Shown: positions 20,668 through 32,406, numbered from the stretch's first letter. The stretch: DNA of 64,000 bases from Porphyridium purpureum (GCA_008690995.1 VRMN01000002.1:744001-808000); one strand, 5' to 3'. Program-made: numbers and translations. Notes: a model not told the origin generated them from the sequence alone.

Positions 20668-21610
20668 CGCCCACACACATTCCCCCCTACTCCCCCTTCC
20701 CACTCACCACCCCACACCACCATCTCTCATCCTTTTCCCCCTTCACCCTTTCCCTATCCCTTTTCTCACTTGCTACGGCTTTGTAATAGTTCCTTCTTAC
20801 TCATTCCTCATCCACAAACATAACACAAGCTTTATCTCCCACCCACTACTACTAATAAAACACCCAATATCCAATACTAAACACTAAATACCAAATACTT
20901 GACTACTAGTAACCATCCAATCACATCGGCCACCACCTATCAAAACGTGTGTTCTTCCATCATACGCACCGCACCGCACAATACAAAAGTGACGCGGGTT
21001 TGCAAAGGTACACTGAGAATAGCGCGCTGTACATCTAACAGAACACACGTGATGGCGGGGTGAGTACAGTTCGGCAAGGCGATGGCACGCGGTGGTGTTT
21101 GACTGGTTAAGCGGGAAGGAATCTGGTCGCAGCGCATGGTTGTTTGGATGGTTCCTGCAGCCGGCTACCTTTCGCGGCCGAGGACGACAAGCGCAGGGGC
21201 CGCGTGCGGCGTCGAGCGTCGCGTCCCGGTCGTGCATTATCGCAAAGCGCTGGTTTGCGGCCGGTTGTGAGCGAGCGGCCGTGGTCGTGCCCGCCAGCAG
21301 TCGCGCGCTTCAAACTTATCGGCTGCAACGCTTATCGGTTACAAAACGCGCCGTGAGCATGTGAGCCGGTCTGGATGCAGCGCGGGTGTACAGTGCGAGT
21401 GGACTGCAGGGTGTACTGTTGGGTGTACGGTGTGGGTGAGGTGGGTTGGGATTTGGGGAGCGGACGTTGGAGCTGAGCGAAGCGGTTGGGAGAGTTCGCG
21501 CTTGGAAGGAGCGAGCGATGCGTGATGAGAATGAGCGTGCGCGTCGCGGGATGGAATGTTTCGGGTCTCCGCCTGTGCCTGCGTCCGAGGCACTGAGTGG
21601 GTATGTGTCT

Positions 21611-23491
21611 ATGAGAAAGGCGCGCGTGGTGGCTGGGCTTCATGGATGGAACGCAAGAACGGCCGCCGTCGCTCGCGTCTTGCGGCAGCGTGCGTTGAGC
21701 AGCGCGGTTGACACAGCTCGGTTGGGTGGCCGAGACGGCTTGCGTTCGGCGTCCTTTCTGAACGCCAGAGACAGGCGGCGGTCAAGTTGTGGAACTGCAA
21801 GACTTGCGGTCGCGCGAGGCGAGCAGGGCTCGTCCTCTTCACCGTCACCCTCGCCCACAGCACCCACAGCGCCTACAACACCCACAGCGCCTACAACACC
21901 CACACCAACCGCCGCACGGATAGATGAACCACCCCAGGTGTCGCATGTTGTGGAAGAGCAAGGCCCTTCCAGAAAAAGCATACCCTCATGCCGAATGGCG
22001 CGCGACGCTTTGTCTCGGGCCCACGCTGGATCGAGTTCGTCTGAAACCGAGAACGGGATAGAGGTCAAAGACACTCGGGACGTGGAGCATGCGGAAGATT
22101 TTGACAGCGTGGACGATGCAGAAGACTCGGACGGCTTGGACGATGCAGGAGACTCGGACGGCTTGGACGATGCAGAAGACTCGGACGGCTTGGACGACGA
22201 GGAAAATTCGGATGGCTCGGGCAGTGCCGAAGATTCTGATGACGTCAGCTGTTCATTGCAGGCAAAGCCGGTACGGCGAGGTGGACCAGCAAGGGGCCGC
22301 CAACTGTCTGCCGAGACAAGACGGAGGATCTCCCAGTCCATGATAGGGAAAGTGGTCCCGGAAGAATTGAGACAGAAAATCTCAGCCAAATTACGAGGAC
22401 GCGTGCCATGGAACAAGGGTAAGAAGCTATCACCGGAGACCCGCGCAAAGATGTCCGAGGCTCGGTATGGCAAACGGCCCTGGAACTATGGCGGAAGGCT
22501 GTTGGAAGAGCACCGACGGCGCATTTCGATGGCGATGCAATCTGGGCGGAAGCGTATCTCGGACGAGACGCGCAAGAAGCTGCAAATGGCGCGACGCTTG
22601 CCAGTCGACCCAGTGATAACTACTTCGCATGATGGCGGCGCTGAGTCGCTGCGCGGCCGCGATAAGGGCAAGATCATCGATTACCCGCTGGTCGATACGA
22701 AAGACATTCATCAGTTTGTGATGCTCCGCCGTGAACTCGAGGCCTGGTCAGGTGAGTTCTATTCACGCGTGGGTCGGCGTCCGACGATGACGGATATTCG
22801 CAGGCTTGCGCCCATGGACTTGCTCAGAAAATTTGAGCGATACACAAAGCTACGCAAAAGCATCAGAGGCCTAGCGGTGAATGTGTATGGGGATGTGTTC
22901 GACTTTAATGCTATTCGGCCGGACCCTCCGGGCTTTTCAACGCCTCGTTCGCAAGACTGGGTGTCAATGGCAACGACCCAGCGTGGCCACAAGCCAGGTG
23001 GTGGCGACGTTTCACTGGGCGACCCGGGCTCCATGGCGATGAATCGCTGGTCTGGAACTCCCGGTGCACTGCCACCACCGCCTGGAGATGAGCACTCGAA
23101 AGAAACAACCCCCAAGACATCGTCCGGTCTGTCTGCGAACGAATTTCGCGCGCTCGGCAAGTACCGCTTGATGGAAACGTACGACGTGCATCGCATGATG
23201 CAACTTCGCCGGGAAGCCGAACCGTGGCTGAACCGTTTTGCGCGTAAGCACGGCGCCCGTGCTGAATTGCGTGATTTAGACCTGATCGATGACGCCGCGC
23301 TTCCCGAGACAGAGAGGCGCGAGCTGCGTACGGTGAAGAATTATCTGGAACTGAAGGCCAAGTCGAAGGGACTCCTGAGTGACGTGCTCAACATCGATCC
23401 GGACGACCCGCAAGCGCTCGAGAAATTTGCCGAAAAGGGCGAAAAGCTGTTGCGCAAGGTCCAGGACGCTGGCGAGCATCCGGAAAATTGA
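21611..23491 (+). CDS. NUMOD3-repeat putative nucleic-acid-binding protein, organelle-targeted
   Basis: Repeated 'S.ETR.KIS' and 'PWNKGK' NUMOD3-type motifs; Arg/Ala/Ser-rich N-terminus; two C-terminal helical repeats. Start uncertain. Confidence 0.75.
   Translation: MRKARVVAGLHGWNARTAAVARVLRQRALSSAVDTARLGGRDGLRSASFLNARDRRRSSCGTARLAVARGEQGSSSSPSPSPTAPTAPTTPTAPTTPTPTAARIDEPPQVSHVVEEQGPSRKSIPSCRMARDALSRAHAGSSSSETENGIEVKDTRDVEHAEDFDSVDDAEDSDGLDDAGDSDGLDDAEDSDGLDDEENSDGSGSAEDSDDVSCSLQAKPVRRGGPARGRQLSAETRRRISQSMIGKVVPEELRQKISAKLRGRVPWNKGKKLSPETRAKMSEARYGKRPWNYGGRLLEEHRRRISMAMQSGRKRISDETRKKLQMARRLPVDPVITTSHDGGAESLRGRDKGKIIDYPLVDTKDIHQFVMLRRELEAWSGEFYSRVGRRPTMTDIRRLAPMDLLRKFERYTKLRKSIRGLAVNVYGDVFDFNAIRPDPPGFSTPRSQDWVSMATTQRGHKPGGGDVSLGDPGSMAMNRWSGTPGALPPPPGDEHSKETTPKTSSGLSANEFRALGKYRLMETYDVHRMMQLRREAEPWLNRFARKHGARAELRDLDLIDDAALPETERRELRTVKNYLELKAKSKGLLSDVLNIDPDDPQALEKFAEKGEKLLRKVQDAGEHPEN
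22111..22191 (+). repeat. In-frame 27-nt tandem repeat encoding DDA(E/G)DSDGL x3
   Basis: ggacgatgcag(a/g)agactcggacggctt, three copies. Confidence 0.9.
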
Positions 23492-23638
23492 GTCCTCTAT
23501 TTATCTCGCGTCGCCCTGGGAGCAAGACGTGAGCGAAGGCCTTGCCTGCTGATCTATTTATTTAATTCTACGGGGCGGGAATGCGGGCGTCTCGCGTGAC
23601 ACCCACTATGGCACCATCCTGTAGCCTCACTTGTATTC

Positions 23639-24517
23639 TTACATGCGCGATGACCAATCCAACCACTTCCACTTACCCCTGAGTTTGGGCGCATCTTTTG
23701 GGTCCATTTTGAACACAAAGTAAAAGGCGTAGCACGCCGCCAGAAGCACCAAGTCACCGCAGTAGATCACCCATGGGTCTTTGGTAATAAAGGGGGCCGC
23801 GACGTTGGCGATGGGCACGGCGGCAAAGGCCATGTTGAGCGCGGCCTTCTCCGTGCGTGAGGGCTTGCGCGCTCGGAGCGACGGGATCGTAAACATCCAA
23901 ACGAGCCAAAACCCAAGCGCGCGCGCCACAAGTGGGATCTCGTTTCCCTGAAAGAATGCGGCAGATAAAACATTCGAGTCATGCGCAAAGTCACCGCCCT
24001 TGGCCAGCGCACCGCCCACGACCAGACCCAACACACCCTGGACGGCAAACGTGGTCTTGAGCCATTCGAACATGACCTGGCGCTTCTCGTCTTCAGACTG
24101 CTTCTCGAGCTTGCTGATCTCTGTCGTTAGCGCGAGGGCACGCGCGGCGTCGTCTTGCAGTGCCGCAAGCTCCACTTTCTTGGACTCAATCTTGCGCTCC
24201 AGGTTGATCACCTTGGACGGGTTCAGCAGCTCCTCGAGGTCAATGCCGCGCTGCGCAAGTTCATTCACGACTCGCTCTTCCACCGACGTGCTCACATCCT
24301 TCGGCTGTGCGGGCTCTGCGGTGTCCACGCCCGCGACAGCCGCATGCTCATCGTCCTGCCTTGCCCTTCGCGCGCTCCCGCACGCGCGCGTCACGGCGCG
24401 CTCGCCCACACGCCCAAACCGCACGGCTGCTATGTTCATTACCGCTACCTCACAGCATGCCCTCCGCGCGGCCACCTGTGTTGCCGCACATCCATCGTAT
24501 ACCGTACTAACAAACAT
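23639..24517 (-). CDS. RPH1 (Resistance to Phytophthora 1)-like plastid membrane protein
   Basis: WMFTIPSLRARKPSRTEKAALNMAF...PIANVAAPFITK resembles the plant RPH1 motif (PSLRAR....EKEALN.LF...P..NV..PF); MFVS transit peptide. Confidence 0.75.
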   Translation of the reverse strand: MFVSTVYDGCAATQVAARRACCEVAVMNIAAVRFGRVGERAVTRACGSARRARQDDEHAAVAGVDTAEPAQPKDVSTSVEERVVNELAQRGIDLEELLNPSKVINLERKIESKKVELAALQDDAARALALTTEISKLEKQSEDEKRQVMFEWLKTTFAVQGVLGLVVGGALAKGGDFAHDSNVLSAAFFQGNEIPLVARALGFWLVWMFTIPSLRARKPSRTEKAALNMAFAAVPIANVAAPFITKDPWVIYCGDLVLLAACYAFYFVFKMDPKDAPKLRGKWKWLDWSSRM

Positions 24518-24602
24518 CCTCTCACACACGCTCCCACACCTTCCCCTTCCACCCTCCTCCCATCCCCCACTTCTCCCGTCAACCTCCCTCCCTCCCGCCC
24601 TC

Positions 24603-24728
24603 TAAACCATAAACTCTAAATCGTAAACCATAAACCGTAAACCGTAAACTCTAAATCGTAAACCATAAACCGTAAACTCTAAACCGTAAACCATAAACCA
24701 TAAACCATAAACCATAAACCATAAACCG
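24603..24728. repeat. Degenerate telomere-like heptamer array (TAAACCA/TAAACCG/TAAACTC/TAAATCG x18)
   Basis: 18 consecutive 7-nt units counted directly. Confidence 0.9.
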
Positions 24729-25435
24729 TGAACGTCAAGCCACCATTACACAACAGTACCCAGCGTAGATAAGGTACAGCGCATTCTCTGTCCTTATTTT
24801 GCTGAGCTGACATTCCTCGCTGCGTACGTGTATGCGTGTGCGGGGCGGGGGAAGGAGGGGGGAATGCACGGCGGAACGCGCGCGCGGAACTTGCATTCGG
24901 GAAAGATTAATTCAGCTTGCACGGTCACACATGACAGCAGCACCTTACACGATGTAGAAAGCACGACGACCTACTAAAACAACGTCGCGTGCATAGACGC
25001 TTTGGTACGGGTGGTAGGTGGGGGGTTGTTGGGTTTTGTGCGCACACACAAAGCACACACACATACACCCCGTGTATGCGTATTTTGGCGTCGTTTGGAT
25101 AGGAGGATTCTCAAGTGGCTTGCAAAGAGTGAGTGACAAGAGTGGCAAGAGTGGTAAACGTGGGCCAAAACGCAAACGCAAACGACGCGTGCGCGAAGAA
25201 TCAAGTATCGCCGGGAGCAACTTTTGCTCGACTCGTGAACTAGGTGGTGAGAGGGGAAGAAGTAGTAGGCTGGAGCATATTGCGAAGGAGGGCGGCAAAG
25301 GCAGACGTGCCGGAACGCGAACGAAGGGGCGGATTGAGCGGTGGGGGAAAGAGGCAGGGGAAGGGGGGAGTGAGGCGGCGGCGCGGCGGGTGGGCTGGAA
25401 ACGGAGGGGCGAAGGTCGGGCGACAGCGTGGCGCT

Positions 25436-26116
25436 ATGATAGTTCCCACACTCGCGCTTGCGCGCACGCAAGATCAGTATGCGCAGCACATCTCGCAAAA
25501 GACACAAGCAAGCTTTGACCGGCTGCGTATCGAGATCCAGCAGCGGAAGAGGGAGCTCGAACTGCAGCGAAGGGCGGCTCAGCAGCAAGCGCAGCAAACG
25601 GCGGCGACCGAGGCCGGCAATAGCATTCCAAGCACGCAGGCAGTCGCAGAGCCAGTGGCGGGATTTGCGCCGCCGGTCTCGCCGACGGCCGGCATGGAGT
25701 CTACGGTTTGGTCTGCGGTGTCGAACAGGGCCCATGAGTATGACGGCGCGTCAAGTTCGGAGGCCTACGGGGACTCAAGTTCCGAACCGTTTATGTTGGG
25801 CGGCCGCCACACCCCAGCAGGATATCAAAGGATAGAAGAGTCTTCAAAAATGTTCGAGCTCGTGGCCGAGGATGAGAGCCACTCGGAATTCTCGTCGGGT
25901 CTGGGGGGCACCACAGGGATGGTAGCATCCTACATCGAAATGCAGAACGCGCTGGCAACGCGCAACCGAATATCCAAGTCGACGAACGCGCGACGAAGAA
26001 AAGTGAACGACGCAAGTGCGTCAGTTTTGAAAGCACATTTAGAAAAGAAGCAGAAGGAAAAGGCAGCTGAATCAGAGCAGTTATCGAGACTGAAGGACCT
26101 TGATGTGGCGCAGTGA
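25436..26116 (+). CDS. Hypothetical low-complexity/coiled-coil protein
   Basis: 226-aa ORF from ATG 25436 after a purine-rich leader; no recognised family. Confidence 0.55.
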   Translation: MIVPTLALARTQDQYAQHISQKTQASFDRLRIEIQQRKRELELQRRAAQQQAQQTAATEAGNSIPSTQAVAEPVAGFAPPVSPTAGMESTVWSAVSNRAHEYDGASSSEAYGDSSSEPFMLGGRHTPAGYQRIEESSKMFELVAEDESHSEFSSGLGGTTGMVASYIEMQNALATRNRISKSTNARRRKVNDASASVLKAHLEKKQKEKAAESEQLSRLKDLDVAQ

Positions 26117-26290
26117 CGGTCACAGCCTGTGTGCCTCTTGAGCAATGAAACAAAGGATGTATACAGCTTCCATATTTATTATTTTGAGTAAAACACTGAC
26201 GTATGCTGGAACTGCTCTGGCTTCTCCGAGAATCCGACAACATATGGCGAGTTTTTCGATGGCCGTGAACCACGCGTCTCGCACCATAGA

Positions 26291-27190
26291 TCAGCTGGAG
26301 AGCGCGTGCACGAGTTCAAGAAGTGCATACATGAGCACAGCAGTAAATAAGACGGCAAGAAGCGTACTCTTGGTGCCAGAGAGTCGGTACGCACTGGGAA
26401 GAAGCTCAAAACATGAGATGGCCGCCATGATTCCCGCAACAAGCGCAAGCATATCCGAAATGATATCTGGACCAAATACGTCCTTGGTCAGAAGCGCAAC
26501 GACGCCGACGCCCAGCGGCTCCGTCAGGCCCGAAACGAGCGACATGAGCACTGCAATCGAACGACTGGAGGTCGCTGCGTATGCAATCACGGCGACACAG
26601 ATCCCTTCTGGAATGTTATGTAATGCAATCGCGACAGCCAGGGGGATACCGAACTCTTTACGGTCCATGCTGGCCACGCACACGCATATGCCTTCAAAGA
26701 GATTGTGCGCGGCGATTGCAACCGTCGTCAGGAAACCGGACTTGAGGATGGCGAGCCGGCTAGCACGAGTGTGCTCATTCGCGCGATCGCCAGCAGAAGG
26801 ATCCTCAGTGTCGCAGCCAGTCGCCGCTGGCGCGATGCCACCGTGCGAATACTCAGAAGCCTGTTTGAGGAAACGCTCGAGATCGGGTTCGGGGAGCACC
26901 TTTCCGAGCGCAATGAATGCTATCACGCCGCCAAAAAAGTAAGCGGCCGCGACCAGCTTGCTCGATGCTGTTTCAAAAACCTCTGGGATCAGGTCGAACG
27001 CGGTGACTGAAAGCATGAACCCAGCGGCAGCTGCCTGGTAGATGCCAAGGCTATGCTGCGTCACCGCGTCCTGCGCTGCAACGATGAAACCTCCCAAAAC
27101 GGTCGCGAGTCCCGCCAGCGTCGTCAACGTCAGCGCGTAGCCATAATCAAGACTCCGAGTCACGGTCTCGGCAGCGAGGTCGCTACCCAT
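26291..27190 (-). CDS. ZIP family metal transporter (ZupT/ZTP29-like)
   Basis: AAAGFML...DLIPE, IAAHNLFEG, IALHNIPEG, SGLTEPLG, AGIMAAISCFELLP. Confidence 0.93.
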   Translation of the reverse strand: MGSDLAAETVTRSLDYGYALTLTTLAGLATVLGGFIVAAQDAVTQHSLGIYQAAAAGFMLSVTAFDLIPEVFETASSKLVAAAYFFGGVIAFIALGKVLPEPDLERFLKQASEYSHGGIAPAATGCDTEDPSAGDRANEHTRASRLAILKSGFLTTVAIAAHNLFEGICVCVASMDRKEFGIPLAVAIALHNIPEGICVAVIAYAATSSRSIAVLMSLVSGLTEPLGVGVVALLTKDVFGPDIISDMLALVAGIMAAISCFELLPSAYRLSGTKSTLLAVLFTAVLMYALLELVHALSS

Positions 27191-27693
27191 TCTACTTGGC
27201 GTTGCGCTCCGCCGCCAAGCTACCGAACGCGTCTGCACGAGCGTCGGCGTCGTTGAAAGATATGTTACTGCTGCCGACTGCAGCGTTCGAAGACGAGGAG
27301 AAGATGCACAGTATTACTCGGTCGCTGCGATTTGATGGGAGGGGGCGCGTTTGGGCCATGGGATCACGTGTGGCCGACATGTGGACGGCGAGCCGCCCGG
27401 CGCGGCCGAGCGCGCACGCCCCTCCCCCAAATGAGAGAGAATCAGAGAGTGTGCAGTGGTGGACTAAGATGAGATTTGAGCGGAAGGGTGGTGTGAAGGA
27501 TCACAAAGTTTGGGGTCAAAAAGCCGAAACAGCAAAGCTTGCCGGCGTTCCGAATGCCCTGAACCTTTGGCTAAGAGTAGTGGAGCAACGATCAGCCGCC
27601 GTAAACCAGCCGACTTCAGTGAAAGTGACCCGGTTTTCTTTATCTCTTTTTAAATATTATAAAATAGACTATTTTCGCCTGAGCGCCCATCGC

Positions 27694-28803
27694 CTACGCC
27701 GTGCCGGCTCTGGCTGCAACGAGTTGCCTGTTGTGCAGCACACGGCCCCACTCCTCTGAGAAGAAAAAGAAGGCGCCCGAGTTCGCGGCTTCCCACACCA
27801 TCTTTGCGCGTGTGCCGCGGAAGAACGCACCGACCCCGCCTTCTCGCCACATGGTCGCGACAGTCTGCCGGATTCTGCCCGAGCAAGAAGGGTTACTAAG
27901 CACGCGGGAGCGGATGACGTCAAAGGGAGATGTCAGGACCCCGACCAAACTCCCGCACAGCATGCCAAGCGCCAGGCACTCCCAGCGCGTGAGCTCTCGC
28001 TTTCTGAATCGCTGCGCAGCGCCTTCAAGCTGATCGTACGTCGCAAATTCAAGTGCGTCGAACGGCATGGACTGGAGCAGGTTCGACTTGAAACCAGTGA
28101 ACAGTCCTGGTACGCCGCGGCTCGCCAGCACGCTGCGGAATGCATCCGACACTGTTGCATTCACTCCGGCCTGGACACGTCCCTGCATGAGGTTGAACGG
28201 TGTATCGATCAGGCTAGACATCAGGTTGGCGACGGCACCCGAACCAACGCCGGCCGCAAAATGAAACCGAGGCGGCAATTTTCGCTCACTAACGCGTTTC
28301 ACAGCATAGTACACCATTGCAAAAATAGCCGCGGTGGGAACCGCCGCCACCACGGCCTGACTGACTCCGGCGTAGAGGCCGCGCATCTTCAGCGCCATGC
28401 CCCGGGTACCGGTTTGCGGGAAGCCACAAAGCGTTGTAGAGAGCTGGCGGCGCACCTTTATGGTTTCGAGCGGATAGAGCAGCAGCGCAATCGACATTTC
28501 CGCCAGCGCGTTGGACAGAATCCTGCGACCTATACTACCCTTGCCGCTCGTTGCGCTGTCGCTTGTCATGGTCTGCGCCGCTCGCGGCGTCTCATCGCGG
28601 GCCAACAAGTGCTTTTGGTCCTGCTCGTGCCGATTTTGCTTCGCAGACGCATTCTGCGCAGGCTGCCTCACTTCCCGTTGTATTGACGGAGCGCTCTTTG
28701 TCAAAGGCAGAGGCAGCACCATAGACCCGTTCGCCGCGGAGGCATTCGTAGCCGGCGGGGCAACAAAAACGATTGAGCTCTTCATAGCGGAGTTAGCCGT
28801 CAT
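27694..28803 (-). CDS. Mitochondrial carrier family protein (SAM-carrier-like)
   Basis: Three carrier repeats: YPLETIKVRRQ, TPFNLMQGRVQ, SPFDVIRSRV. N-terminal extension; start uncertain. Confidence 0.85.
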   Translation of the reverse strand: MTANSAMKSSIVFVAPPATNASAANGSMVLPLPLTKSAPSIQREVRQPAQNASAKQNRHEQDQKHLLARDETPRAAQTMTSDSATSGKGSIGRRILSNALAEMSIALLLYPLETIKVRRQLSTTLCGFPQTGTRGMALKMRGLYAGVSQAVVAAVPTAAIFAMVYYAVKRVSERKLPPRFHFAAGVGSGAVANLMSSLIDTPFNLMQGRVQAGVNATVSDAFRSVLASRGVPGLFTGFKSNLLQSMPFDALEFATYDQLEGAAQRFRKRELTRWECLALGMLCGSLVGVLTSPFDVIRSRVLSNPSCSGRIRQTVATMWREGGVGAFFRGTRAKMVWEAANSGAFFFFSEEWGRVLHNRQLVAARAGTA

Positions 28804-29739
28804 GTGACCTAAATTTTGCTCAGACGAAGCGTCTGTCACCTCTTGCGTCGCGTTCCCACACCCCGGAATCTTCCACTCGTCGACGTGCGCCTCTGTCCAA
28901 AGTACGCAAACAGAGCGATCACATCACGCCCGTGGCCGCGCGGTATTTTTTTCGTTTTTGTTTTTTGCATCTCGCACACAAAACAGACGACCACAGAGGA
29001 GCAGCTGAACACACTCCCACTCAGCAGCACCTCCTGCCAATTCGTAACCGCGCCTCGGCGAAAAGCCGCGATTTAGATAAGGAAAGTGCGTGGGTACAGT
29101 CATCACGGTGAACGGTGGGCGTCACGCCTGGAAGCACACTTGTGCACCGCGAGCGCACCGCGTCGGCCGCAAGCCGCAAGCTTAAAAACCGGTGTATAAA
29201 ATAAAGTGTTTTACAATGTTAAATAGGTACAGTTGTGGGAATGGAGACGTACAGTGATTTTCGAGGTTTGTGTACGATGCGGTGCGTCCGGACGTCGGGG
29301 AAGGTTTGCAATGGTTTCAGTGGCGCGTCAGCAGGCTTGGTGTCAGGCGAGGTCGTACGTCAGGCGATGCGAGCATGTCTGAATATTGCGGGTAGTGCCG
29401 CGGCGCGCGCCCAGGCGCAACGGTTGACTTGACCATGTCGTGGTGGTATCTCTCCTGGAAGCGCTGAACTTTCCGTGCCTCGGGGTAGGACTGGCAACGA
29501 TGCGGCCGGTCGTCCGAAGGATACACTGCTGCTGATGGAATACATGTTGCAAGACGATACGGGAATGGACGCGAAGAGAAAAAAAGGCGCTTGTTGTCCT
29601 GGCAACATATAAAGAGTTCGGCTCGTGCGTGTGTGTGAGAGAGGGAGACACACAGAGAGAAAGAGAGAGAGTCGCACGAGAGGCAGCGCGCGTCGTAGAC
29701 CATTCTGTGCGAGCAAACAAGCCCTGCAGGCTGCGCACC

Positions 29740-30261
29740 ATGTCCAACGAAGCTTCACTGTACAGTAGCAGCAGCAGCATTGATACTCTGGGTCCTGCCA
29801 GGCACCGCAGCAAGCAGGCGTGTTTCGACGGCTCGTCCGTGTCGGATGATCTGCTCTGGGTCGTGTCGGTTTGCAGTGACGACATTTTGCGCATGTGCGA
29901 GCTTCTTCAGCGCACCGAGGTGCTTGCCACCCACGAGTCTGCGCGTCGGCGTGCTTCGAGAATCAAACGCCGTGCCCAGCGACTGCAGACCAAATCGCGT
30001 GCCTTGTTGTGCGAAGACTTGACGCTTGGTCGGACGTCCATGCCGGCCGGACAGCGTGCTGTAGCGAGAAGTGGCGTGCGCAGTTTGGGCTGCACTCGGT
30101 GTCTGCCTGAAGAAGTTCTCGAAATGGGCATCGTTGACGCTCCGCAATTTGAACGCTTGCAGCAGCACCTTATGGACATTCGTATGGAGTTGGTCGCGCT
30201 CCAGTCTTGGAAAATCGAGATGAGCGATGGCATCCACCACACAGGGGACCCGATGGAATGA
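29740..30261 (+). CDS. Hypothetical protein
   Basis: 173-aa ORF after a TATA-like element (~29607) and a GA-rich leader; no recognised family. Confidence 0.45.
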   Translation: MSNEASLYSSSSSIDTLGPARHRSKQACFDGSSVSDDLLWVVSVCSDDILRMCELLQRTEVLATHESARRRASRIKRRAQRLQTKSRALLCEDLTLGRTSMPAGQRAVARSGVRSLGCTRCLPEEVLEMGIVDAPQFERLQQHLMDIRMELVALQSWKIEMSDGIHHTGDPME

Positions 30262-30621
30262 TTTTGGAACCAGCGTTTCCGCCTTGTCGGTTCTATTCGT
30301 GTGGTTCTGATGCAGATAACCGTCTAAGAGTCCTGACGGTTCTGTGTGCGGTCTCATTGTAAAGGAACAATGAAAGCGTCCTGCGTTCTGTGTGTGTGTG
30401 TGTGCGTGTGTGCATGTGCATGGCTGCAGCATGAGCCTCGCTCGCTCCGTAGTTCTTCACAGCAGACGACCTCATGCAGCTGAGAACGAGCAATTTGCCC
30501 TGAGGACAGGAAGAAGGGCCTCCGAAGAGGAAAGAAATTCTTTTAAAATAACACGGGATTTCGACCCAACAAAGTGATACAAGAGTCTGCTGTCGAACAA
30601 GACTCGAAAAGGACATCTGTA

Positions 30622-31671
30622 CTAGTTCCATAAAGCTGCTGGTGGCAGATAACCGCGCGCACTCTCGTGCAAGTCTGCGCTCAGCATCGATACATTCTCG
30701 CCCAGCTTTACACTGTTTTCCCAAGATGGCGCCGAGGACGCTAGCCCGGCGAAGAGCGTATATTCAGACGAATCTTCTGATGCGGAAATTCCAAACGCAT
30801 CTTCTTCGCACAAACCAGCCACCGATTCCAAGCGCGATAGCACTTCATCGTCCACGTCCGTAGCAGACATCTGTGGCACGAGCCCACCATGCTCGTCAAC
30901 AGAGCGGAACAGCGCCCAGAGCTCTTCATCCACAAGGCCTTGACCTTGCGCGGCTTCGTGATACTCAAGCGGTCCATACTGTGGCAGATGCTGGGACGGC
31001 TGCTGCGCATTCACCTGGAGATTTTCATCAATGAGAAGCGCTTGCTGCTGCTCGTTCTGCTGCAGATTCTGGGAAACTTCTGTTGCTTGGAAATCGTGCG
31101 CTGCGGTCCACGAGCCAGAGCACGGTGAAGGAAGCTGCTGCTGCTGCTCGCGTGTCTCGACTGTATCGCTGAGTATCAGTGTCGGTGGGCGATGGAAGCC
31201 GACGTGAGAAGCGCCTGGGATGCCGCGCCGTTCTGGCCCCGCCGAGTACGAGACTGCCGGGCTCTGGGGTGACATATGCCTGTGGACTGCAGAGTGCAGC
31301 TTTGAAGGCGCGGCTCGAGTTTCAGGCACACCTGCAGGGCGCGACTGGCACGTCGGCTCGGCCTGGTTTGCCGGGCCGGGAGCCGCCGGTGCGGCGGAAT
31401 CTTGCGACGAGGCGGTCGCCTCGAGCGCGTCTGTTTTCCTGAGCTTGAGGAAGAACTTTTGGGCGTGGCTGCGCACTTGCACAATGTCCTTTGTGCCAAC
31501 ATGCTCTGTGACGCACTTCCAATTGCGGTCAAACAATTTCAGCGCCTCGAGAAAGCGCTCGTGCTCGCTCTCGGTCCATGCCTCGCGCACCTTGGTCCTT
31601 GTGTACTGCTTCCGGACCTTGTCACTCTTCTTATTCACGCGTCCCGCGCGCGGCGCCGGAAATACCATCAT
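30622..31671 (-). CDS. Single-repeat MYB (SHAQKYF class, REVEILLE/CCA1-like) transcription factor
   Basis: [57 protein letters not shown]. First in-frame ATG is 31671; an upstream exon is possible. Confidence 0.9.
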   Translation of the reverse strand: MMVFPAPRAGRVNKKSDKVRKQYTRTKVREAWTESEHERFLEALKLFDRNWKCVTEHVGTKDIVQVRSHAQKFFLKLRKTDALEATASSQDSAAPAAPGPANQAEPTCQSRPAGVPETRAAPSKLHSAVHRHMSPQSPAVSYSAGPERRGIPGASHVGFHRPPTLILSDTVETREQQQQLPSPCSGSWTAAHDFQATEVSQNLQQNEQQQALLIDENLQVNAQQPSQHLPQYGPLEYHEAAQGQGLVDEELWALFRSVDEHGGLVPQMSATDVDDEVLSRLESVAGLCEEDAFGISASEDSSEYTLFAGLASSAPSWENSVKLGENVSMLSADLHESARGYLPPAALWN

Positions 31672-32370
31672 CGTCACGCGACGCCCGCTGTCTTCTTTCG
31701 CGTGCTCACGCCAGTCCTTCACGTGCTCCTTTCGCTCTTGCTGTTCTCCCGTGCGTGTTTCCACAAAAAGTCTCCTCTACTCATTCAATCGCGTCGTAGC
31801 TCTTCTCCTCACCACACCGCTACAGCCTCAACCCCTTCTTCCGAAAAGCCGAACGCATACGTCTATCGTCCAAGTCATGCAGCCTGTCAAGCTCGCCTTT
31901 TGCGTTTTATACGCGTTTTGCGTCGAGCCTATGCCACTACCACCACCCGGCAAGAACTGCGCCCTGAAATAAACACAAACCAACACGCACTCACGCACTC
32001 GAATGCTTCTGAGGGGCCTTGAGACAGGGATGTCGGTTGATGCGTCTCTTGCTCTGACACGTCGAAACCTTGGTGTAAAAGTGTACAAAAAAATAATTCA
32101 CAATCCAAACGCGCGTGTGATGTCCTCCGTTTACTTGCGTAGGACAAGAGCCGTCGCCTCCTCGTTTTTAGATTCTACAGGGTACAAGAAGACAAACGAG
32201 GAGGAGGAACGCCATGGAGCAAGTAGCCCGTGGGTTGATTGTAGTTACTCATTTCACCATGGTGTGTGTGTATGGCGTGTCACCACTGCCAACAAGCGGC
32301 GCGATGTATTGGTCGACGACGACGGACGAATATAGACACATGGACATGGATCTACAAAAACGTGGATGTA

Positions 32371-32373
32371 GAT

Positions 32374-32406
<33 letters not shown>

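Noticed and set aside
21611..23491. Homing endonuclease or mobile intron
   Set aside because: NUMOD3 motifs are present but there is no nuclease motif, intron context or terminal repeat; it looks like a host gene.
27564..27600. CCTTTGGCTAAGA-GTAGT, resembling the 5' region of U2 snRNA
   Set aside because: Only ~12 nt match; the UCAAGUGUAGUAUCUG branch-recognition context and the downstream stems are absent.
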